64,000 bases of DNA from an uncultured Melioribacter sp. GTDB taxonomy: Bacteria > Bacteroidota > Ignavibacteria > Ignavibacteriales > Melioribacteraceae. The position numbers and the translations under genes are program-made. Under the pieces are notes generated by a model that saw nothing but the letters and a program-made list of their open reading frames with translations, had not been told where the DNA came from and ran no database searches. The DNA is taken from positions 35,811 to 99,810 of the forward strand of contig CAZHHG010000001.1 in NCBI GenBank assembly GCA_964532065.1, given 5' to 3'. Below are positions 45,822 through 54,435 of the stretch, piece by piece; the stretch's first letter is position 1, and each line of letters begins with the position of its first letter.

Positions 45822-48071
45822 TTATTTTCCTCCGGCAGGAGTATTATCTTTCAAATACTTTGTCAGCAAAGTATATAAGTGAATAGTTGTCCCATCACCC
45901 TCAAAAATTCCGTGCGAACGGTTCGGGTAAGCCATCATTGTGAAATGTTTGTTGTGTTTAACCAGCTCGTTTATAAGTAATTCCATATTCTGGTAATGAA
46001 CGTTATCGTCGCCGGTGCCATGAACCATCAGAAGATTTCCTTTTAACTGATGCGCAAAGGTAATCGGGGCACTCTGTTTATATCCTTCTTCGTTATCGGT
46101 AATAAGTCCCATGTACCTTTCCGAATAGATTGTATCGTAAAGTCTTTCATCGCTGACGGCTGCAACGGCTAATCCCGTCTGGAAGAGATCCGGGAACCTG
46201 AAAAGAAGATTAAGAGTTGACACACCGCCGCCGCTCCATCCCCAGACAGCAATTCTGAGAGGATCGACAAACCCGTATTTCTTAATTATGGCTTTCATCG
46301 CCTCGCCCTGATCAGTAGCCGATACTGTACCGTAATTTTTGTATATAGATTTTCTAAACTCCTTCCCTTTAGGTGCGGGAGTTCCTCTGTTATCAACGCT
46401 CATAACAATATAACCCTGCTGAGCAAGCATCAGATACCAAAGGTGTTGAGTGCCGAACCACTGATCCAGTACCGTCTGAGCTGCCGGTCCGCCGTAAAGA
46501 TAGTACAGAACCGGATATTTTTTCGACGGGTCGAAGTCGGGCGGCTTTATCATCCAGCCGTCAAGCTGAACATTATTCCCGATATCGACACTGAAAAATT
46601 CTGACGGCACTTTTTTCAACACATCAATTTTTTCTTTATAGGATTTATTTTCAACAAGAGTTCTTACAATTTTATGCGAGGGTAGTTGAACAAGATTTAT
46701 TGTTGGCGGCGTATCGAAATTTGAATACGTATGAATTGCATAATTAGCGCCGTCTGATAGCTGATACGTATTTACACCTTTATATTCCTCCGACGTAAGA
46801 CGTTCCATTTTTCCTTTCCCGTCCAGCGAAACTCTATAGAGGTAGCGTTGAGTTGCGTTTGAAGGAGATGAGCGGTAATAGATCCATCCATGCTTATCAT
46901 CAATATTCTGAATATCAATTACATCGAACTCACCCGGTGTAATATCTTTAACCTGTTTACCGTCTTTAGATACAAGATAGATATGGCGCCATCCGTTTCT
47001 GTCGCTTATCCAGGTAAATTCCTTTCCGTTGTTCAGCCATCGCATATCGTCAACCACATCAATCCAAAATTTATCCTCCTCTTTCAATATCTGTTTTATC
47101 ACTCCGCTTTCAGCATCACCGAGGTAAACCTCAAGCCGCGTCTGAGCGCGGTTGAAATACTGGAACCAGATCTCCTGCGATGAATCGTGCCATCCCATAC
47201 GCGGAATATAATTATTGCGCGGATCGCCGGGAATGTTCATCCAGACGGTTTTACCGCCTGCAGCATCTATTACGCCGATTCTGCATGCGGAGTTCTGCGT
47301 ACCTACCTTTGGATATTGTACCGGAATAATCCGCGAATAGAGAGAGTCCGTAGTATTGATCATATAAAAAACTCCGATACCGGAAGCATCGAGCTGCCAG
47401 TAGGAGATCTTTTTGCTGTCGGGGCTCCAGCGGAATCCGTCGCGGCAGTCGAATTCCTCCTCGTAAACCCAATCGAATGTACCGTTAATCGTAGTTTCGG
47501 ATCCGTCGAACGTAAGCTGAGTTATTTTAGAGTCGGAAAGATTTTCTACATAGATGTTATGTTCTCTTACGTAAGCCACTTTTTTGTTATCGGGTGAAAA
47601 TTTCGCGAACATTAAAGTAGATGGTTTTGCTTCGCCACCCAGCTTTTTGAATTCTTCTGTTTCGAGATTAAGAACCCAGTAATCCCCCTTTGTATTGTAA
47701 CGCCAGACACGTACAGTGTTGGTAAAGATCATAAGAAGTTTTTTATCGGAAGACCAGATGTAATCGTTAATCGGTACAGGCTTCTCTTTACCTGCCGGGA
47801 TTAATAGTTTAGCGGGAACCATCACTTCGCGGTTGCCGGAGAGAGTTTCATACTTAACAATATCTCTTCCGCCCGGAGTATCTTTGGAGGGCTCAATTGT
47901 CGTGTAATATTTTCCGTCATCAATCCATCGGGCGGGTCCGAACCGTTCGCCGAAAAATTCAAAATTTTTAAATATCCGGTCGAGATTAAGTATTGATTTA
48001 TCTTCAACCTGTGCCGGAATTGAAATAGTTAGAATGAAAAAGAGAATTGATAAAAATCTGAGTGGTCTCAT
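45822..48071 (-). CDS. S9B-family dipeptidyl-peptidase IV-like serine peptidase, secreted
   Basis: 749 aa with a signal peptide. It has an N-terminal DPP-IV beta-propeller (DWVYEEEF motif) and a C-terminal alpha/beta hydrolase with GWSGGG (GxSxGG), and the catalytic Asp/His context GTGDDNVH. Confidence 0.92.
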   Translation of the reverse strand: MRPLRFLSILFFILTISIPAQVEDKSILNLDRIFKNFEFFGERFGPARWIDDGKYYTTIEPSKDTPGGRDIVKYETLSGNREVMVPAKLLIPAGKEKPVPINDYIWSSDKKLLMIFTNTVRVWRYNTKGDYWVLNLETEEFKKLGGEAKPSTLMFAKFSPDNKKVAYVREHNIYVENLSDSKITQLTFDGSETTINGTFDWVYEEEFDCRDGFRWSPDSKKISYWQLDASGIGVFYMINTTDSLYSRIIPVQYPKVGTQNSACRIGVIDAAGGKTVWMNIPGDPRNNYIPRMGWHDSSQEIWFQYFNRAQTRLEVYLGDAESGVIKQILKEEDKFWIDVVDDMRWLNNGKEFTWISDRNGWRHIYLVSKDGKQVKDITPGEFDVIDIQNIDDKHGWIYYRSSPSNATQRYLYRVSLDGKGKMERLTSEEYKGVNTYQLSDGANYAIHTYSNFDTPPTINLVQLPSHKIVRTLVENKSYKEKIDVLKKVPSEFFSVDIGNNVQLDGWMIKPPDFDPSKKYPVLYYLYGGPAAQTVLDQWFGTQHLWYLMLAQQGYIVMSVDNRGTPAPKGKEFRKSIYKNYGTVSATDQGEAMKAIIKKYGFVDPLRIAVWGWSGGGVSTLNLLFRFPDLFQTGLAVAAVSDERLYDTIYSERYMGLITDNEEGYKQSAPITFAHQLKGNLLMVHGTGDDNVHYQNMELLINELVKHNKHFTMMAYPNRSHGIFEGDGTTIHLYTLLTKYLKDNTPAGGK

Positions 48072-48135
48072 CGTTCCCCCAAATTATTGAATGAAAGGTT
48101 GATCAAGGAAAGTAAAACAATCCGAATTAAATTTG

Positions 48136-48207
48136 TACCCCCGACAGGAGTCGAACCTGTGCGCATGGCTCCGGAGGCCACTGCTCTATCCACTGAGCTA
48201 CGGGGGC
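48136..48207 (-). tRNA. tRNA-Arg (anticodon CCG)
   Basis: The reverse strand reads GCCCCCGTAGCTCAGTGGATAGAGCAGTGGCCTCCGGAGCCATGCGCACAGGTTCGACTCCTGTCGGGGGTA and folds as a cloverleaf. The acceptor is 7 bp, the D-arm GCTC/GAGC, the anticodon stem GTGGC/GCCAT with loop CTCCGGA, and the T-arm ACAGG-TTCGACT-CCTGT. CCA is not encoded. Confidence 0.93.
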
Positions 48208-48356
48208 AATAACAATTACCCGACCGAAAATAAGAATAATTATTTTTTATTTCCTGTTTATCCTGATCAATTCGATTCAACTTTTTTTTATATATATTGA
48301 CTTTCGAAAGAATTTACTAATTTATTTACGAGAATATTCCATATCAGGAGACAATC

Positions 48357-48875
48357 ATGCAATACACAATGAAAAAGACTGTTTCGGAAATCATAACTAC
48401 TCTTAAAAAACTTCCCCATCCGGGAAAGAAGACGGGTTCATTCTGGGATTTCATGAAAAGTCAGCTCGCCGATGAAGGCGAATGGGATCAAAAACACCTT
48501 AAGATAATTGAAAAAGAGATCGATACATTCCTGACCAAAGTCGATAAAAAATCTCTTACCGAAATGTGGAAAGAAACTCCCGCAGGAGACGAAAAATTCG
48601 ATGAGGAGAAGAAGGTCGATTTAAAAGAGATGAAAAGCGACCTCAGCGAAGAAATACTCGGAAGAGTTATGGATCAGATGGACGAGAATTACGTGGCCAG
48701 AGATCCATTCTTTACTCCCGAAGAACCGGTCTATTCATCCGGAAACGAATCCGAAAAAGAGAGCGACGACCTCGATCTCGATAAAGAACCCGATGAGATT
48801 ACCGACGAGGAAATAGATTTTGACGACGACGACCTGCTTGAAGAGGATGATGAGGATGAAGATTTCAAATATTAG
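48357..48875 (+). CDS. Hypothetical highly acidic protein
   Basis: 172 aa with no signal peptide. The C-terminal third is Asp/Glu-rich (…EEIDFDDDDLLEEDDEDEDFKY). An AGGAGA Shine-Dalgarno sequence precedes the ATG. Confidence 0.6.
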   Translation: MQYTMKKTVSEIITTLKKLPHPGKKTGSFWDFMKSQLADEGEWDQKHLKIIEKEIDTFLTKVDKKSLTEMWKETPAGDEKFDEEKKVDLKEMKSDLSEEILGRVMDQMDENYVARDPFFTPEEPVYSSGNESEKESDDLDLDKEPDEITDEEIDFDDDDLLEEDDEDEDFKY

Positions 48876-49275
48876 AGTGATTATTTGTTTTCTGATTTTT
48901 TTTACATCAATTTCATCAGCTCAATCGGAAAGACTGAAAGGCTTCCGTCTCGATATACCGGTTGAGATAATTGAATTCGGGTTTAATGATCTTTATTTAT
49001 CCGGCAATCCGGACCGTTTCTTTCTCCTCTCATCATTGAAAGATGATTCAACCACAATCTGGATAAGAACACGGTTTCAGCTAACCGGTTTTTCAAATCA
49101 GACTTCCGATAACTCAAACTTACAATCGAACATTTTAAATCCCCTCTACACCAGGTATACCGAATCGCAAAACATGCGCTTTATTAAATCGATTCTCGGC
49201 TCGGTTTCCGTAGGGGCTACCGCTTACCTCGCCTATAAACATCTTAAGAAGTACGGTTTCCTGAAAAAGAAATAG
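48856..49275 (+). CDS. Hypothetical secreted protein with C-terminal TM anchor
   Basis: The start was moved to ATG 48856 (MKISNIRVIICFLIFFTSISSAQ, a signal peptide), with AGAGGA 8 nt upstream. It overlaps the acidic-protein gene by 20 nt. A C-terminal hydrophobic helix is followed by KHLKKYGFLKKK. Confidence 0.55.
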   Translation: MKISNIRVIICFLIFFTSISSAQSERLKGFRLDIPVEIIEFGFNDLYLSGNPDRFFLLSSLKDDSTTIWIRTRFQLTGFSNQTSDNSNLQSNILNPLYTRYTESQNMRFIKSILGSVSVGATAYLAYKHLKKYGFLKKK

Positions 49276-49366
49276 AATACAGTATTATTAATTACTTTAT
49301 AGAATGTAACTTTATTCTGTAAAAGCAAGTCTAAATCTCCGGTTAAAATAAATTTCAGGATTTACT

Positions 49367-50371
49367 ATGAAAAAAAAGATACTGATTATCTGGCTTTTAT
49401 TTTTTACTCCCTCATTCTTTGCACAGGTCGATATTTTTGATGAAGAGGACACAACCGCAGCCGAATGTTCGCATAACAGCTTTGATTTAGGAATAAAAAA
49501 CAGCGGAATCAGTTTTGGAAATTCCCCTGTATGGAACGGATTAAGAATCAACTTTTCCGATTGCGGTGTAGAGCAGATCAACGGAATTAATATTACCTTC
49601 TGGAAACCGGGTAAGAACCACGGTTCAAAAATTAACGGTATTTCAATCGGCCTTGCACCCTTCGCCTATGAATTAAAAGGGATCTCAATCGGTATTGCGG
49701 CAGTAATGGGATTGGATAAACTGCAGGGAATCAATATCGGAGGACTCGCAGCAATTTCGGAAGGGAATCTGGACGGTATTAACATCGGCGGACTGGGTGT
49801 AGTGGCGCAGAAAAATCTGAGAGGAATAAACATTGGAGGATTGGCGAGTGTATCCGAGGGAGACCAGTATGGATTCAACTTCGGTGGTCTTGCCGTTGTT
49901 GCCCAGGGAAATTTGCTGGGAATTAATATCGGCGGACTCGCGGCTGTTTCGGAAGGAAGAATGGCTGGAATCAATTTCGGTGGATTGGCTGTAGTGGGTA
50001 AAGAGGATTTAAAAGGAATCAATATGGCCGGACTAGCAGTTGTAAGCGAAGGCGAAATAATCGGTTTGAATCAGGCTCTGCTTGCAATTGTAAGTGAAAG
50101 CGAAATAAAAGGCGTTACTGTAGCCGGATATAAAATAGAAGCACCTAAATTTACCGGTTTAAATGTGAGCGGTTGGGTTGATGTTGAAGATTTTACAGGA
50201 TTATCGGCCGCGGTGTATCACAGAATTACAGACCAACAACGAGGGATAGTAATCGGTTTATTCAATGTCGCCGAGGAGCTGCACGGCATTCAGATAGGGC
50301 TTATAAACATCGCGAAGAATAACAATGGTATTGCAAAAATTCTTCCGTTCATTAATGCACACTTCGATTAG
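49367..50371 (+). CDS. Secreted repeat protein built from ~15 copies of a 16-residue G(I/L)N(I/F)GGLA.V.....-type unit
   Basis: 334 aa with a signal peptide. The units include GINIGGLAAISEGNLD, GINIGGLGVVAQKNLR, GINIGGLASVSEGDQY and GFNFGGLAVVAQGNLL. The C-terminus is GIQIGLINIAKNNNGIAKILPFINAHFD. It resembles the surface repeat proteins annotated in Leptospira and Bacteroidota (LA_2272-like); that family name is from memory. Confidence 0.75.
   Translation: MKKKILIIWLLFFTPSFFAQVDIFDEEDTTAAECSHNSFDLGIKNSGISFGNSPVWNGLRINFSDCGVEQINGINITFWKPGKNHGSKINGISIGLAPFAYELKGISIGIAAVMGLDKLQGINIGGLAAISEGNLDGINIGGLGVVAQKNLRGINIGGLASVSEGDQYGFNFGGLAVVAQGNLLGINIGGLAAVSEGRMAGINFGGLAVVGKEDLKGINMAGLAVVSEGEIIGLNQALLAIVSESEIKGVTVAGYKIEAPKFTGLNVSGWVDVEDFTGLSAAVYHRITDQQRGIVIGLFNVAEELHGIQIGLINIAKNNNGIAKILPFINAHFD
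49679..50110 (+). repeat. Degenerate 48-nt tandem periodicity (coding, 9 best-conserved units)
   Basis: The DNA restates ggaatcaatatcggaggactcgca... every 48 nt, corresponding to aa 105-248 of the repeat protein. The long antisense ORF at 49666-50022 is a by-product of this periodicity. Confidence 0.8.
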
Positions 50372-50388
50372 AAAGAAATTATAAATCA

Positions 50389-50414
50389 GTTTCCCCCTTT
50401 AAAAAGGGGGAAAC
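50389..50414. terminator. Bidirectional intrinsic terminator between convergent genes
   Basis: GTTTCCCCCTTT / AAAGGGGGAAAC is a near-perfect hairpin whose A/T arms give a U-tract in both orientations. It sits between the stops at 50371 (+) and 50424 (-). Confidence 0.8.
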
Positions 50415-50423
50415 TTCAATTAT

Positions 50424-51641
50424 CTACGCAGCTTCAATTTCTTTAATAGACTTCTCAATAATTTTTACAGCTTCTTTAATCTGCTCTTCATTTATTACGA
50501 GCGGGGGTGCGAAACGGATGATATGCTGGTGAGTCGGTTTTGCAAGTAAACCGTTTTCTTTCATCTGAAGGCAGACGTCCCATGCTTCTTTACCGTTTTT
50601 CGGTTTAATTACTATCGCATTCAGTAATCCTTTTCCGCGGACGAGTTCAATCATATCGGAATTGATCTTAGAAATTTCCTCTCTGAAAACCTTCCCAAGT
50701 TTTTCAGCATTCTGATCAAGTTTTTCCTCTTTAAGTACTTCGAGAGCGGAAATTGCAACTTTAGAAGCAAGCGGATTGCCGCCGAATGTAGACCCGTGTT
50801 CACCCGGTTTTATTACGAGCATAATATCATCGTCTGCGAGCACCGCGCTTATCGGCATAGTTCCGCCGCTCAACGCCTTCCCAAGAATTACAATATCGGG
50901 TCTTACTTTTTCATGTTCGCAGGCAAGAAGTTTTCCTGTGCGGCATAATCCGGTTTGAACTTCATCGGCAATAAAGAGAACGTTCTTCTCTTTACACATC
51001 TGATAAGCCTTCGAAAGATAACCTTCGTCGGGTACAACGACTCCGGCTTCACCCTGGATCGGTTCAACAAGAAATCCCGCAACATTAGGATCCTGAAGAG
51101 CTTTCTCAAGCTCCGCCAGATCGTTGTACGGTATTTTTATGAATCCGGGTGTGTAAGGTCCAAAACCGCGGTAGGAATCGGGATCGTTCGACATTGAAAT
51201 AACTGTGATAGTTCTGCCGTGGAAATTACCGAGGCAAACAACAATTTTTGCTTCGTTTTCAGGAATTCCTTTCTTATCGTAAGCCCAGCGTCGGCAGAGT
51301 TTAAGAGCGGTTTCGTCTGCTTCGGCACCGGAGTTCATCGGCAGTACTTTATCGTATCCGAAATATTCCGTGATATACTTTTCGTATGGACCGAGACAGT
51401 TATTGTAGAATGCGCGCGATGTTAATGTTAAAGTCTTTGCCTGTTCAATCATAGTGTCGATAATTTTGGGATGGCAGTGACCCTGGTTAACCGCCGAATA
51501 AGCCGAAAGAAAATCGTAGTATTTTTTCCCTTCAACATCCCAGAGGAATACACCTTCCCCTTTTGCAAGAACGACCGGAAGCGGATGATAATTGTGCGCT
51601 CCATACTTATCTTCCAGTTCAATGTAGTCTTTAGTAATCAT
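50424..51641 (-). CDS. rocD: Ornithine--oxo-acid aminotransferase (class III PLP aminotransferase)
   Basis: 405 aa. The N-terminus [48 protein letters not shown] is the OAT-type pattern. The PLP Lys context is ILGKALSGG. Confidence 0.88.
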   Translation of the reverse strand: MITKDYIELEDKYGAHNYHPLPVVLAKGEGVFLWDVEGKKYYDFLSAYSAVNQGHCHPKIIDTMIEQAKTLTLTSRAFYNNCLGPYEKYITEYFGYDKVLPMNSGAEADETALKLCRRWAYDKKGIPENEAKIVVCLGNFHGRTITVISMSNDPDSYRGFGPYTPGFIKIPYNDLAELEKALQDPNVAGFLVEPIQGEAGVVVPDEGYLSKAYQMCKEKNVLFIADEVQTGLCRTGKLLACEHEKVRPDIVILGKALSGGTMPISAVLADDDIMLVIKPGEHGSTFGGNPLASKVAISALEVLKEEKLDQNAEKLGKVFREEISKINSDMIELVRGKGLLNAIVIKPKNGKEAWDVCLQMKENGLLAKPTHQHIIRFAPPLVINEEQIKEAVKIIEKSIKEIEAA

Positions 51642-51856
51642 ATTTTCTCCGAATGATTTTTAAGTATCGATTTTATCAGTTATTTAACAAATGAATTCAC
51701 AAATTCTAAAAAGGACTTTTCGAATTGTTTTAACTAAAGGTGATAAATTTTACTGGTGAAATATATCGAACCTTGTTCGGGCTTCCAAAATTTAGGAATC
51801 GATTTTAAGAAGTGGTTTTAAAATGCTTTGAAAAACAAACTTAAACGCGATTATTG

Positions 51857-51893
51857 AAAAATAAAAGAGCCCGGAGCCGATTAATTTCCGGGC
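51857..51893 (-). terminator. Rho-independent terminator of the DUF1579 gene
   Basis: The minus strand reads GCCCGGA-AATTAATCGGC-TCCGGGC followed by TCTTTTATTTTTC. It lies 13 nt after the stop at 51906. Confidence 0.7.
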
Positions 51894-51905
51894 CCATAAT
51901 TAAAA

Positions 51906-52469
51906 TTACTTCCTGATATACTCCATGGTGAACATCTTAACTTCCTGTCCACCCATTTCACCGAACATATCGAAGACAGTTTTGTTATCGTTAATCCATT
52001 TAGAAACAGAACGGTATTTCATCGGTTTCCCGGCCGCAGGATCATAACCTTCGCCGGTAAATTCAAGAGAGTTGGTTTTATCATCGTACTTTCCTTTCAT
52101 CATCATAATTCCGGTTCCCATATTATCGATCCAGATACTTACGAATCCTTTGGTGCCGTTATCGTAAGCATCGATACCGAGTCCTTCAAAGGGCATTCCG
52201 CCCATCTCCCCTTTATGAACCGACTTCATATATCTTCCTTCGAGTATCAATTCGAAAGTTGCTTCACCTTCGGATTTCGTTTCAGCGCCGGTTGAAGGAT
52301 CTACAAATGTTGTTACTGTTTTCCAGTTCCCGGCCATTTTTGCCATCATCTGGTGCATTGGACCGGGAGTCATATATTCAACCCAGGCTTTCATTGCTTC
52401 CGCCTGATCCTGGGCATAAATACCGGTTGAAAGAAAAAGAAAACAGGATGCTAAAAGGATCTTTTTCAT
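51906..52469 (-). CDS. DUF1579-family secreted protein
   Basis: 187 aa with a signal peptide. The pattern MTPGPMHQMMAKMAGNWK....EG.....ILEGRYM......GEMGGMPFEGLGI.AYDN is as in DUF1579. Confidence 0.78.
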   Translation of the reverse strand: MKKILLASCFLFLSTGIYAQDQAEAMKAWVEYMTPGPMHQMMAKMAGNWKTVTTFVDPSTGAETKSEGEATFELILEGRYMKSVHKGEMGGMPFEGLGIDAYDNGTKGFVSIWIDNMGTGIMMMKGKYDDKTNSLEFTGEGYDPAAGKPMKYRSVSKWINDNKTVFDMFGEMGGQEVKMFTMEYIRK

Positions 52470-52597
52470 TTTAATTCCTTTCTGTAAAATAATTGATATA
52501 TAGTTATTGGAGTTTTGGAGCGGAGGTTAAAATAAGACTTTTGAAGAACTAAAAAATATTTTTTTTGGATTAAGAGGACATCCGCATTTTATTTAGA

Positions 52598-53821
52598 TTA
52601 ATCATCGTTCGCATAAACGCCCTTATCTTTAAAAAACAGGAACATCAGAGCGGTTATAGAACCGAACAGAAATGAACCGATCCACAATACATCCGATCCG
52701 AACAGATCCAGTACTTCTGTTCCGAGCCAGGGACCGATCATAAGCGCGAGACTGAAAGTCATCTGGAAATATCCCATATACTCTCCCCGCTTGTGCGATG
52801 GTGAAATAGCAGACGTATAAGAAGTGCTTGCAGGAAAAAAGATCATCTCCCCGAAAGTCCAGATAACGATCGTGAACGAAATGAAATAAATATTATCTGA
52901 AAGCACCATAAGGCCAAAACCAATTCCGCATAAAAGAGCGCCGAGAGCGAGAGCCTTTCTATCATCCCACGCCGCCATAGCGTTATTAAGAGGCACTTCT
53001 ATAAAAATTATAATTACGGTATTGATTGCAGTTAATATTCCGAAAACGGCGCCGGAATAACCGAGATCCCGTACAATGTAAAGAGGAAATCCGCCGATAT
53101 GCTGAAAGAAAACAATATTAACCGGAATAAGTGAAAACAGAAAAAGCAGAAAAACTTTATCATTCAAAATACCCGATCTATTTAGAGATGCTTCGCCATT
53201 ACTGGAAATCCCCGTTTCTGTTTTAGCAGCACTGGCTTCGGCATATGATTCATGCTCATCAAACCGTGCTATCATCAGAAAGATACCCGCTACAATCGAC
53301 GTAATACCGTCTACATAGAAAAGTAATTTAAAATCGATAGTGGTTAGAATTCCGCCGATGACAGGACCTATACTCATACCTAGATTTATAGCGAGCCGGT
53401 TTAATGCAAATGAGATTTTCCTTTTGGCCGGTTCCGATTCGGTTGAAATAAGAGAGAGATTAGCGGGACGGAATGCCTCGCTTATTACTGACCAGATTAC
53501 CGTGTAGCCAAGTATTAGATAGTAATCCGTTATGAACGGATAGACAAAAAGCATCAGACCGGTTAAGACAAGAGAGAGTTTCATTACCCGCAGCGCACCG
53601 AGTTTATCCGATAACTTCCCGACAATCGGCGCGGTTAAGAGAGCGCCAAATCCGTAGAACGCGAGAACCAGTCCTGCGCTGCCAGCGCTCACCCCAAAAT
53701 CCTTCGCCATATAAATCGCAAGGAACGGAAGAACCATTGTTCCTGAGCGGTTTATCAGCGTGGCGAACGCCAGTATCCAGATGTTATGCGGGATCTCTTT
53801 CAGTCCGCGATACGGATTCAT
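52598..53821 (-). CDS. MFS transporter
   Basis: 407 aa with 12 predicted TM segments. The MFS loop 2-3 motif is GKLSDKLGALRVM. Confidence 0.9.
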   Translation of the reverse strand: MNPYRGLKEIPHNIWILAFATLINRSGTMVLPFLAIYMAKDFGVSAGSAGLVLAFYGFGALLTAPIVGKLSDKLGALRVMKLSLVLTGLMLFVYPFITDYYLILGYTVIWSVISEAFRPANLSLISTESEPAKRKISFALNRLAINLGMSIGPVIGGILTTIDFKLLFYVDGITSIVAGIFLMIARFDEHESYAEASAAKTETGISSNGEASLNRSGILNDKVFLLFLFSLIPVNIVFFQHIGGFPLYIVRDLGYSGAVFGILTAINTVIIIFIEVPLNNAMAAWDDRKALALGALLCGIGFGLMVLSDNIYFISFTIVIWTFGEMIFFPASTSYTSAISPSHKRGEYMGYFQMTFSLALMIGPWLGTEVLDLFGSDVLWIGSFLFGSITALMFLFFKDKGVYANDD

Positions 53822-53982
53822 TTAATAGTGACCAATCTTTTTTATTAATCGAATTAAACCGGATCTAAATCCAGGTGTTGATACCCGGCAAGCATCTATG
53901 CAAAAATAGCAAAAGCTATCTACTAAATAATCAACTAATTCATTAAGTTAATCCGTGTAAATTATTTAAAGGAGATTAAAAA

Positions 53983-54432
53983 ATGACGATACGCCGCATA
54001 GTAATTTCCGTGGTTGTATTGATCGGTATTGCAGGCTGTTCATCCCTGGTATTAACACCGTCCGATTTTTCATGGCCTGTAGAAAATGTTCTGAAAGTTG
54101 ACGATAAAGGTTTTGTTGCCGAGGACCGGTATACGTTTTCAATCAATTTGAAAAAGCTTTTTTATGAGGAGTTTAAAGATTCAACTTCTTTTTCCGGTAA
54201 AGAGATAAGGATAATCCGTGATAAAACAGGTTATTACTACATGACCGGAAAAGATTATAAGAATGTATATGTATTTATTCCTGTTGAAAACGGAATGAAA
54301 ATGGAAAATAAAATTGTTATCTCGGAAACCGAGAAATTATCCTCCCCAGTATTTAATCAGAAGTCACCGAATATTGAGTTGATTGACGGATCAAAAAAAT
54401 ATCTGCTGAATCATAAAGGAATAGTGAGGTAA
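53983..54432 (+). CDS. Hypothetical lipoprotein
   Basis: 149 aa with a lipobox (LIGIAGCSS). AAAGGAGA lies upstream of the ATG. No family recognised. Confidence 0.6.
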   Translation: MTIRRIVISVVVLIGIAGCSSLVLTPSDFSWPVENVLKVDDKGFVAEDRYTFSINLKKLFYEEFKDSTSFSGKEIRIIRDKTGYYYMTGKDYKNVYVFIPVENGMKMENKIVISETEKLSSPVFNQKSPNIELIDGSKKYLLNHKGIVR

Positions 54433-54435
54433 CAG

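Noticed and set aside
48068-48280. 70-aa minus-strand ORF
   Set aside because: It runs straight through tRNA-Arg(CCG) (48136-48207) and the upstream AT-rich promoter region. It is a spurious ORF.
49666-50022. 118-aa ORF antisense to the repeat-protein gene
   Set aside because: Its own repetitiveness (PPKLIP..., PPILIP...) is just the reverse-complement image of the 48-nt coding periodicity. There is no independent support.
51693-51706. Palindrome GAATT-CACA-AATTC ~50 nt upstream of the ornithine aminotransferase gene, considered as an ARG box
   Set aside because: Relative to the GAAT/ATTC core of the ARG box consensus, the spacing is GAAT-N6-ATTC rather than GAAT-N4-ATTC. It also shares nothing with the argC-promoter palindrome. 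It could still be some operator, but an ArgR assignment is unsupported.
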